Positions 8,467 to 15,468 of a stretch of DNA of 41,240 nucleotides are shown one piece after another. A program made the translations under genes and the position numbers. The DNA comes from a virus (taxonomy: Duplodnaviria > Caudoviricetes). Location of the stretch: positions 1-41,240 of IMG/VR virus record IMGVR_UViG_3300019877_000002; one strand, given 5' to 3'. The notes beneath the pieces are model-generated. The model was not told where the DNA came from, did not search any database, and saw only the letters and a program-made list of their open reading frames with translations. Position 1 is the first letter of the stretch. Each line of letters starts with the position of its first letter.

Positions 8467-8760
8467 CTAGCCGGCGTGACCCCAGCCGCTTGGAGCGCAG
8501 TGGCGAGCCATGCGCACGTTGCGGCGAGCCTCAGCAAAGGCGTCGCGACCAGTGCGGCCGTGACCTTGAGCGAGCAAGGTACCGTTGCGATAGACGTAGC
8601 AGCGGCTGGAATCCCACTGGCACTGCGACTCATCGACCACGACCCAATACTTACCGGCAGGCCGGACGGTGGAGTCGTTCGGTGCGTAAACCTTTACGCA
8701 GTTGGGGGAGTGAGGGGCGGTTTCGGGCTTGAAGGCGCTGTTTTGGGCGGGCGTTTGCAT
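8467..8760 (-). CDS. First gene of the leftward early array, hypothetical
   Basis: AGGAGACAGACCATG leader; downstream of a putative promoter. Confidence 0.7.
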   Translation of the reverse strand: MQTPAQNSAFKPETAPHSPNCVKVYAPNDSTVRPAGKYWVVVDESQCQWDSSRCYVYRNGTLLAQGHGRTGRDAFAEARRNVRMARHCAPSGWGHAG

Positions 8761-8808
8761 GGTCTGTCTCCTGTGTGGCGCCGTCGGTTGCGACGCTGTG
8801 ACAACCCC

Positions 8809-8836
8809 AACCTAGCCTGGGTGGCGCCCCGTGCAA
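8809..8836 (-). promoter_or_regulatory. Putative early promoter
   Basis: TTGCAC-N16-TAGGTT; same -35 hexamer as at 1746 and 39806. Confidence 0.5.
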
Positions 8837-8950
8837 GCCCCGTCGGGGGAGGGCGCTCACTTTGCTCGCCGTTTCGGGACAGCTCCTCCCCTCTGTTCAG
8901 TGGAAACGGCTGGGCTGGGGGAGTTCAGTGCGCGTTTGAGCAGGGATGCT

Positions 8951-9068
8951 CGCGCGTTGCGTGCGCACGCGCGCAGCTGCGCGCGTGTACCTGCGCATGC
9001 GTACGTGCGCGTGCGTGCACCTGCGCGTGTGCGCGCCCCTGCGTGTGCGTACAGGCGCCCGGGTACCC
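8951..9068. repeat. Alternating purine-pyrimidine tract plus GGGTACCC palindrome
   Basis: Five RY runs of 13-29 nt, each starting TGCG; the longest perfect run is 8992-9020. Confidence 0.85.
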
Positions 9069-9126
9069 CCCTGGGCCGAGACCGGGGACCGCGTCCGCCC
9101 CCCTCCACTCCAGATAGAGCCTGTTT

Positions 9127-9558
9127 TTACACCAAATCAGTCGGGCCGGAAAACCAACCAATCGGCAGAGGCTCCGCCAAGAGCCACAAGTGCCGCATGT
9201 TGGCGACGTTCACCACGTCCTGCTCGCACGGGTACACCTCGATGCCGTACCAGCCGCCGTGCCCGGTCTCACGCTTGATGCGCTGCAGGTCCTCCCGGGG
9301 GATGTCTTGGCTCCACCCGCCGCGGTTGTCCACCGTCGTGCGGTTCACCGACAGCCGCCGCACCTCCACCTCACCAAACGATGGCGCCGAGTAGAGCGCG
9401 ACCAGGTACACCCGGCTCAGCCACACAGCGAGAGGGCGCTCGCCGCCCCTCGCCCCGGGCCAATCGTGCTCTGGCACGGGAGTGAGCTCTGCGGGGCGCT
9501 TTGCTGCCCGCTTTTCCATCTCCCGCACCAACCGCCTGCGCTCCGCCCGGTCTGCCAT
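9127..9558 (-). CDS. Conserved phage hypothetical protein
   Basis: IEVYPCEQDVVNVANMRHLW motif recalled from phage proteins. Confidence 0.75.
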   Translation of the reverse strand: MADRAERRRLVREMEKRAAKRPAELTPVPEHDWPGARGGERPLAVWLSRVYLVALYSAPSFGEVEVRRLSVNRTTVDNRGGWSQDIPREDLQRIKRETGHGGWYGIEVYPCEQDVVNVANMRHLWLLAEPLPIGWFSGPTDLV

Positions 9559-9613
9559 CAGAAAATTCTCACAATTCGCACCGGGCCCATCGCTAAAACC
9601 GCCCCCTCGTCAA

Positions 9614-9748
9614 TCAGGGATACCGGAGCACGTAGGTGTCACGCATCTCCACCCGGCAGCGCCACTCGCCGATCGCGAAGAGCAGCACCTTGCGGACGTG
9701 CTTTGCCACCCGACGCCTGCGCCGGTGCCTCACCTTGGCGTTACTCAC
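9614..9748 (-). CDS. Small Arg-rich protein (44 aa)
   Basis: MSNAKVRHRRRRRVAKH...; GTGA coupling. Confidence 0.45.
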   Translation of the reverse strand: MSNAKVRHRRRRRVAKHVRKVLLFAIGEWRCRVEMRDTYVLRYP

Positions 9749-9921
9749 TTCGCCTCCTCGCAGCAGCTCTCACCCTTGAAGAACAGCAGACCGCAGCGCC
9801 AACAGTGCCGCGCTGCGCGCTGCCCCTTGGCGAGCTCCGTCTTGTGCGGGAAGCCTTGCGAGTCGGTCCACTTTTCCTCCCTGTCGCACACCACATCGGG
9901 CCCGTGATCGGGGCAGCTCAA
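9745..9921 (-). CDS. Small Cys-rich protein
   Basis: CPDH...HCWRC...CC; TTGA coupling. Confidence 0.5.
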   Translation of the reverse strand: MSCPDHGPDVVCDREEKWTDSQGFPHKTELAKGQRAARHCWRCGLLFFKGESCCEEAK

Positions 9922-10172
9922 TGCGCAGGACCCTTCTGGCGCATGCGCACCATCGCATCGAGCTGCAGCACCAGCGCCAAAGACGCCATCGTGCCGGCAT
10001 TCGCCGCGACAGTTCTCCAGTCCCGGCTCATTCCAGCTTCCGAGATGGCGTTCATCGCCTCGATGATGCTGTCGCACAAGTCTTGCTGCGATGGCTGCTC
10101 TTTCAGCAGCAGAGCCACTGTGCCGCGCAGCGCTTGAACGCAATCATCGTTGGGATATTCGGGGTTACTCAT
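9918..10172 (-). CDS. Hypothetical protein
   Basis: ATGA coupling. Confidence 0.6.
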   Translation of the reverse strand: MSNPEYPNDDCVQALRGTVALLLKEQPSQQDLCDSIIEAMNAISEAGMSRDWRTVAANAGTMASLALVLQLDAMVRMRQKGPAH

Positions 10173-10510
10173 GGTTTCACCCAGCACAGCCCGAGCGTGG
10201 CCTTGCCGTCATAGGTCGCCGTCGCGAAGACCTCCCAGCCCGTGCAGAGGTAGGGGCACGCCTGTCGCACCATCACCTCGAGCGGGCCCCGCAAGCGCAG
10301 CGGCGTACAGTCGTCATGGGTCGCGCTCCACATCGTGCACTGGAAGCCGAGCCTCACGCAGAACGCCTCGCGCTCCCACCAGCACAGATACGGGAACATC
10401 GCCTTCTGCTGCGCCACCAGCACGGTTTCCCACCCGTCGCCGAGCGAGCGCATCCACTGCTCGAGGCCCGCGAGCCCCGGGTCGTCCTCTATGCAGCGGG
10501 TGAGCCTCAA
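10169..10510 (-). CDS. Hypothetical protein
   Basis: 4-nt overlaps on both sides. Confidence 0.6.
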   Translation of the reverse strand: MRLTRCIEDDPGLAGLEQWMRSLGDGWETVLVAQQKAMFPYLCWWEREAFCVRLGFQCTMWSATHDDCTPLRLRGPLEVMVRQACPYLCTGWEVFATATYDGKATLGLCWVKP

Positions 10511-10752
10511 TTGTCCTCGCCGCTCGGCTTGGTGCGCAGGTCCGCAATCCTGGGCATGTCATCACCAAACGACCGCTCCACAGCTGCGGCTGCGTCGGCA
10601 TTGGTCTCCCCGAAGTGCACGCAGATGTGCGGGCTATTGGGCGACGGTTTGCCTGCTGGAAAGCAGCAAACCTTGCCCGCGAGAAGTCCTTCGATCTCCT
10701 TGCGCGTCAGACCTATCACGATGAAGCCTTGCGCGTTGATGCCGCGAATCAC
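10507..10752 (-). CDS. Hypothetical protein
   Basis: 4-nt overlaps on both sides. Confidence 0.6.
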   Translation of the reverse strand: MIRGINAQGFIVIGLTRKEIEGLLAGKVCCFPAGKPSPNSPHICVHFGETNADAAAAVERSFGDDMPRIADLRTKPSGEDN

Positions 10753-11000
10753 GAAGGCCTCACATGCTTGCCCCCGGGGCAGCAGTCACACCTCGGGGCC
10801 GATTCGAGCAAGCTCTGCAGCCCGCCGGGCGTGAAGTGCGCAACCTCCATGCGGCAACGCTTGCACCACACCTGCAAGCCCTCGCTCGTCAGCCCGGCAT
10901 CGAGCCGCGCCCACTCTGATGGCGACTGATTCGCTGGCTTCTGCTTGTTGCAGTTGGCGCAATGCGCGAACAGCTCGATGCGTAGCTTGGGCTTGCTCAT
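10749..11000 (-). CDS. Zn-finger-like small protein
   Basis: HCANC...WCKRC...CDCC. Confidence 0.65.
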   Translation of the reverse strand: MSKPKLRIELFAHCANCNKQKPANQSPSEWARLDAGLTSEGLQVWCKRCRMEVAHFTPGGLQSLLESAPRCDCCPGGKHVRPS

Positions 11001-11245
11001 GGGAGCGGCCCGTCACTGAAGAGCGCAGCCTTGCCGTCCACGCAGATGAGGTGCGTATCCCAGCCAATGCGCTCGTCGATGCCGTCGCCCCACTTGATGC
11101 AGGTGACGTTCTCGTCCGTCACGGGCCCGCCGCGAAGCCACTCCTCATCGAGGAACGCGATGAGCTCTGCGCGGCTGCCAATCTCGCGCACGTGCTTCAT
11201 CGACTGGCCCAGGCTCATGAATGGCGTGGCCGGCCTAATCTTCAC
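10997..11245 (-). CDS. Hypothetical protein
   Basis: GGAGGG SD before GTG. Confidence 0.65.
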   Translation of the reverse strand: MKIRPATPFMSLGQSMKHVREIGSRAELIAFLDEEWLRGGPVTDENVTCIKWGDGIDERIGWDTHLICVDGKAALFSDGPLP

Positions 11246-11263
11246 ATTCCCTCCAATGTTGGT

Positions 11264-11435
11264 GCCCGCGCATCTCCCCCGTGAAGTTGCTGGACGTCCC
11301 GGTTATGGAGACGCGCAGGCTCATCCCCTTTGGCACGTCGTCACGCACGACGTCAAGGCATCCCCTCACCGGCTCTGTCCGAGCCTGTCACATCGCCGGT
11401 GCAGACCAGGGTGACACCACCGCGGTTTCGGCGAT
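11264..11435 (-). ncRNA. Putative structured RNA or leader (four consecutive stems)
   Basis: Stems 11264-11277/11307-11320, 11335-11353, 11371-11385 and 11392-11398/11429-11435; AGGGGATG occurs twice. Confidence 0.4.
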
Positions 11436-11872
11436 TACGATGTCGCGCAGGCGCTTCGCTGGCGCTTATCTTCCGTCTCGGCCGCTCGCCTAGCAAGGCT
11501 GCTTGTTTGCTCAGTGTGCCCAGCAGCAACACCTGCCAGTAGCAACTGTTTACGTAACCTGCACCTAGCGTTGCCCTCGGTCCTCTCGAGGGGGGTCTGC
11601 CCGTGTAGGTACGCATCCCCCTGAATGGCCCTGATGTAGGCAATGATGCGCTGCGCCCCGTACGGGCTCACGTACCAGGCCTTGCTCACCCCGTGCCCCG
11701 TCGCTCGCCGCAGTAGCCCCTCGCGCTTCGCGAACCTCTTCAGAACACCCACTCTCTGGCGCAGGTAGCGGGCCAGCTCCACCACCCAAACCCGCTCTTT
11801 GGTAACCCCTGCACGCGCGGGCACCACTGTTCGCTCGTCACCTGCGGGCCGGTGTGTCATTCTGGTTGACAT
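11435..11872 (-). CDS. Possible DNA-binding protein (start uncertain)
   Basis: WVVELARYLRQRVGVLKRFAKREGLL resembles an HTH. Confidence 0.45.
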   Translation of the reverse strand: MSTRMTHRPAGDERTVVPARAGVTKERVWVVELARYLRQRVGVLKRFAKREGLLRRATGHGVSKAWYVSPYGAQRIIAYIRAIQGDAYLHGQTPLERTEGNARCRLRKQLLLAGVAAGHTEQTSSLARRAAETEDKRQRSACATS

Positions 11873-12299
11873 GTACGAGGGGTTCTATCTCCGAAAAGAG
11901 CTGAAGGACGAGAAGCAGAAGGAGCTGCGCCTCGCCCGCATCGAGGAGCTGGAGAACGAAATCTACGAGCGAGCCGCGGGGGTCGTCAACGCCTACCTCT
12001 CGTTTGCCGAGGTGAGGCACGACCAGGAGGAGCCGCCGCCCGCGTGGGTCGAGGAGTATGGGCTCGAAGCAGCTCGCCAGCGCCTCATCATCGCCAAAGC
12101 GGGCTGGCTGCCGGCGAGCATCGCTCCCGCAGGCGCCAAGCTCGCGGCACAAGTGCAGGTCGGCATCACCCGCGGTCGCGCAATCCGCGGAGCCAAGCTC
12201 ACACAGAACAATCTGAACGTGCGCATTGCCCTACCTGCCCCAACGAGTAACGAACACCCTGGCCCCGTCGTCTACGAGGTGCGAGACCTCGAAACATGA
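11871..12299 (+). CDS. Terminase small subunit candidate
   Basis: About 140 aa, helical, with a QNNLNVRIALP beta tail; first gene of the rightward late block. Positional call only. Confidence 0.4.
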   Translation: MYEGFYLRKELKDEKQKELRLARIEELENEIYERAAGVVNAYLSFAEVRHDQEEPPPAWVEEYGLEAARQRLIIAKAGWLPASIAPAGAKLAAQVQVGITRGRAIRGAKLTQNNLNVRIALPAPTSNEHPGPVVYEVRDLET

Positions 12300-12472
12300 A
12301 GGAAGGGGATGCACGTTGGTGGGCAATCTATCGCGGCACGGCTGAGCTCACACCCGCTGAGATGACACAGGGAGGCTGGCACTTCTGCCCGGAGTTTGAC
12401 GAAGACCTCACGCAGGGCGAGGAGTGGGAAACCCAGGGCCGTTGCAACTGGTGCGGCTACGAGGGAGACTAG
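12296..12472 (+). CDS. 58-aa hypothetical protein (not in the ORF track)
   Basis: ATGA coupling; GWHFCPEFD...CNWCG. Confidence 0.5.
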   Translation: MKEGDARWWAIYRGTAELTPAEMTQGGWHFCPEFDEDLTQGEEWETQGRCNWCGYEGD

Positions 12473-12477
12473 AGAGC

Positions 12478-12505
12478 TTGACCTGCCGAGCGCGCTAGCT
12501 ACGGC
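12478..12505 (+). promoter_or_regulatory. Repeated putative promoter, copy 1
   Basis: TTGACC-N16-TACGGC-N6-ATG; contains CGCTAGCTACGGC. Confidence 0.55.
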
Positions 12506-12511
12506 ATGGGG

Positions 12512-12850
12512 ATGGCATTCGAAGACCCCGACGTACTCGCCAGGTTCGATCGCAGTTACGGCGACAAGAAAGAAGAGCTGCGCCTCGAACGCGGCATGTA
12601 CCAGGACAAGCCGACGTACACGCTGCGCCTGTACTGGCAAACGCCCGATGGTTCCTGGCGCTGGTCCTCTCAGAAACCGACGACCAGCGGCAAGTGCTGG
12701 GAACGGCTGAATCTGAAGGCCCGCGAGCTCCGCGACGTCGGCGCCGCGCTGATGCTGGCCGCCGACGACATGGCACGCGCTCCTGCTCCACGCCAAGCGA
12801 GCAAACCCGTCGCGTTCAAGGAGGTGCTCGACGATGACATCCCCTTCTGA
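12512..12850 (+). CDS. PC4/YdbC-like ssDNA-binding protein with an SSB-type acidic tail
   Basis: EELRLERGMYQDKPTYTLRLYWQTPDGSW resembles the PC4 beta pattern; ends in DDDIPF. Confidence 0.7.
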   Translation: MAFEDPDVLARFDRSYGDKKEELRLERGMYQDKPTYTLRLYWQTPDGSWRWSSQKPTTSGKCWERLNLKARELRDVGAALMLAADDMARAPAPRQASKPVAFKEVLDDDIPF

Positions 12851-13199
12851 GCTCGTTTTCGGCCAGCGCATGATTCGGCTCGAAGACGGCACCAAGGGCA
12901 CCGTCATGCAGCAGGGCCCCGAGCTGCGCATCGTCTACGAGGACCGCGGCGAGGAACGCCTCGCCTTGAAGAGCGAAAAGTGGGCCCGCGACGTCATCGA
13001 GCCTGGGCCCCTCCGCGAAGAAGAGCAAGTGCTCGTGGCGCTACACGCCGACCGCGCCCTACGCGCCTACGAGCGCAACGAGCCGCTCAAATCATGGGAA
13101 GCGGTGCAGGCATCGACCAAGCCCTACGATGAGGGCTTGTTCGACGTCATCATCTGGTACCTGATGAACCGCAAGACGCGCCCGGCAACAAGGGAGTAG
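12834..13199 (+). CDS. Hypothetical protein
   Basis: GAGG SD; codon pattern. Confidence 0.65.
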   Translation: MTSPSELVFGQRMIRLEDGTKGTVMQQGPELRIVYEDRGEERLALKSEKWARDVIEPGPLREEEQVLVALHADRALRAYERNEPLKSWEAVQASTKPYDEGLFDVIIWYLMNRKTRPATRE

Positions 13200-13224
13200 A
13201 CAAGCAAAAAACGCTAGCTACGGC
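13197..13224 (+). promoter_or_regulatory. Repeated putative promoter, copy 2
   Basis: TAGACA-N16-TACGGC-N6-GTG; contains CGCTAGCTACGGC. Confidence 0.55.
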
Positions 13225-13230
13225 TGGGAC

Positions 13231-14742
13231 GTGCTCGACCGCGCCCTCTACACGCCATCGCCGTGGAGCACCAAGTTCCACCAGACGACCGCGGATGAGG
13301 TGCTGGGTGGCGGCGCCGCGGGTCCCGGTAAGAGCCTGACGCTGCTCTGGGACCCGATCGTGACCCAGGCGGTCATCGAGCACGCGCGGATGACGCAAAT
13401 CATCCCCGAGGGCATGCCGGAGTACTGGGCGGACCTCATTCGTCGCTATCCCATCCGCCAAGGCGAATCCGAGGGCCACGCGCTGCATCTGCGCCGCTCG
13501 ATGCCGCAGTTGCTCGAAAACATCGACCGCTCGCTGCGCATGTTCAAGCAATTCGACCCCGACGCTGACTACAGCAGGGAATTGCACCGCTGGACGTTTT
13601 CGAGCGGCTACAAGTTCACGTTTGGTCACTGCCGCGAGAAGAACAGCCACCAGGACTACCTCAGCAAGCAGTACACGCATCTCGGGCTCGACGAGGCCTG
13701 CCAATTCGAGGACTTTCAGTACGAAGAGCTCGACGCTCGCGTTCGAAGCGCTGACGCCGTGCTCGGTCAGCTCCTGCGCTCGCGACTGATGAGCAACCCC
13801 GCCCCGGGGTGGCTGAAAGAGCGATTCGTCACTCCCGAGCCCAAGGGGCACGTCATCTTCCGTCAAAAGGTGCTCGACCCCGAGACGGGGCAGGTCGACT
13901 ACGTCACGCGGCAGTTTCTGCCCGCTCGGCTCGACGACAACCCCGACAAGCCCTTCGTTGCCGCGTACAAAATCAAACTGCTCAGCAAGCCCTCGCACAT
14001 GCGAGCCCGCTACCTGTACGGCGACTGGGACAGCGTAGAGGGCGGGTTTTTCGAGGACGACTACAACTCCGGCGTCCACATCATCGAGCCGTTCAAGATT
14101 CCGCGCGACTGGCCCAAGTTCCGAGCGATGGACTGGGGCTACAAGGCCTACGGCGTCGTGGGCTGGTTCGCGATGGACCCGGACGGGAACCTCTACCTGT
14201 TCTACGAGTTCAACTTCCGCCTGATGAAGGACGAGGAGGTCGCCAAGCGAGTCATCGAGATCGAGACGCGCTTCGGCTTCTGGAACAAGCGCGAGCGTAA
14301 GAGCCGCCTCACCGGTGTTGCTGACACGCAGCTCTGGGAAGAGCGCGGCGACTCGGGCAAGAGCAAGGCTGCCGTGTTCTCTGCCGAGGGCGTGTACTGG
14401 CAGCCCGCCGACAAGGCCAGCATCGCACGCAATGCTGAACGCATCACCGAGCGGTTGCGTGACTACGACAAGGACAAGCCGCCGGGGCTGATGATTTTCA
14501 ACAACTGCCGCAAGACCGCCGAGATGTTCGCGAGCATCGGGGTCGACGAGAACGACAGCACGGTGCCCGACAAGAACAGCCCGCTCAAGCACTGGTTTGA
14601 CTGCGTCGCCTACGCAGCCGCGCGCGCGTCGCGCGGACAGGGGAGCATCACCATGGACGCACACGAGTTTGACAGACCCGACAACGACAACGATGAGCCT
14701 GAGCTGAAACCCACGGGCTCATTCGGCTACGGAACGGCATGA
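13231..14742 (+). CDS. terL: Terminase large subunit
   Basis: Walker A GGAAGPGKS, Walker B LGLDEA, coupling motif SNP, nuclease motifs AMDWGY and HWFD. Confidence 0.95.
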   Translation: MLDRALYTPSPWSTKFHQTTADEVLGGGAAGPGKSLTLLWDPIVTQAVIEHARMTQIIPEGMPEYWADLIRRYPIRQGESEGHALHLRRSMPQLLENIDRSLRMFKQFDPDADYSRELHRWTFSSGYKFTFGHCREKNSHQDYLSKQYTHLGLDEACQFEDFQYEELDARVRSADAVLGQLLRSRLMSNPAPGWLKERFVTPEPKGHVIFRQKVLDPETGQVDYVTRQFLPARLDDNPDKPFVAAYKIKLLSKPSHMRARYLYGDWDSVEGGFFEDDYNSGVHIIEPFKIPRDWPKFRAMDWGYKAYGVVGWFAMDPDGNLYLFYEFNFRLMKDEEVAKRVIEIETRFGFWNKRERKSRLTGVADTQLWEERGDSGKSKAAVFSAEGVYWQPADKASIARNAERITERLRDYDKDKPPGLMIFNNCRKTAEMFASIGVDENDSTVPDKNSPLKHWFDCVAYAAARASRGQGSITMDAHEFDRPDNDNDEPELKPTGSFGYGTA

Positions 14743-15050
14743 CCACCATCGACCAGCAACTGAACGCCAGCCTGATGGCGGGCCTCGACCAGTTCATCAG
14801 CGCGGCCAAGCTCGCGCCGGAGTTCGATCCCGTCGACCGCCCCGAGCACTACAACAGCCACCCGAGCGGTGTCGAGTGCGTGACCATCACCGAGCACATG
14901 ACGTGCATGATTGGCTGCGCCATCAAGTACCTCTGGCGGCACGGGCAGAAGGCGGGCGTCACCGCTGACGAAGACCTGCGCAAAGCAATCTGGTGCATCG
15001 AGCGCGAGCGGCAGCGGCTCGCATTGAAGGCGACCGAGCATGGCAAGTGA
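14739..15050 (+). CDS. DUF3310 protein (T7 gp1.7 nucleotide kinase-like family)
   Basis: DPVDRPEHY...VECV...AIKYLWR...EDLRKAIW. Confidence 0.88.
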   Translation: MTTIDQQLNASLMAGLDQFISAAKLAPEFDPVDRPEHYNSHPSGVECVTITEHMTCMIGCAIKYLWRHGQKAGVTADEDLRKAIWCIERERQRLALKATEHGK

Positions 15051-15468
15051 GCCGTGCGTGCTGTGGGAGGGCGCCGTCACCTTGAACGGGTACGGTCTGG
15101 TCAACTGCAAGCACGAGGGGAAATGGAAGAATTTCTATGTCCACCGACTGGCGTGCGAGTTCGCGAACGGGCCGCCGCCTCCAGGAAAAAACGACGCGAT
15201 GCACTCGTGCGACGTGCGCAACTGCTACGAGCCGAGCCACCTGAGCTGGGGCTCGCGGGGCGACAACATGCGGGACGCCAAGCGCAAGGGACGCACGCAG
15301 CGCGGCTCCGGGCATTGGAACGCGAAGCTAACAGAGGCGCGAGTGGCGGAGCTCCGGCGCAAGAAGGCGTCCGGGATTCATCGGGGCGAACTGGCCGTGG
15401 AGTTTGGTGTTCACGTTACGACCGTGAACGCGCTCTGCCGAGAAGGTTGGGAACACATTAATGGCTGA
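15040..15468 (+). CDS. HNH endonuclease
   Basis: CVLWEG...GYG...VHRLA...HSCDVRNCYEPSHL...DN, plus a C-terminal HTH (AKLTE...LAVEFGV). Confidence 0.9.
   Translation: MASEPCVLWEGAVTLNGYGLVNCKHEGKWKNFYVHRLACEFANGPPPPGKNDAMHSCDVRNCYEPSHLSWGSRGDNMRDAKRKGRTQRGSGHWNAKLTEARVAELRRKKASGIHRGELAVEFGVHVTTVNALCREGWEHING

Larger units (their letters stand above)
5711..8467 (-). repeat. Six intergenic 57-61 nt imperfect hairpins: 5711-5771, 6090-6149, 6857-6917, 7384-7440, 7813-7870, 8410-8467
   Basis: Each begins at or next to a stop codon and ends about 20 nt before the next ATG; arms paired by eye. Confidence 0.8.

Noticed and set aside
5711-8467. CRISPR array or canonical integron
   Set aside because: Hairpins are not sequence-identical, the spacers are whole genes, attC core consensus is absent, and no cas or intI gene was recognised
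8831-9394. ORFs with ARARVCA-type repeats
   Set aside because: Translation artefacts of the alternating RY tract
11870-11873. Two divergent genes sharing one CATG start
   Set aside because: The minus-strand start is uncertain and leaves no room for a promoter; a downstream start is more likely
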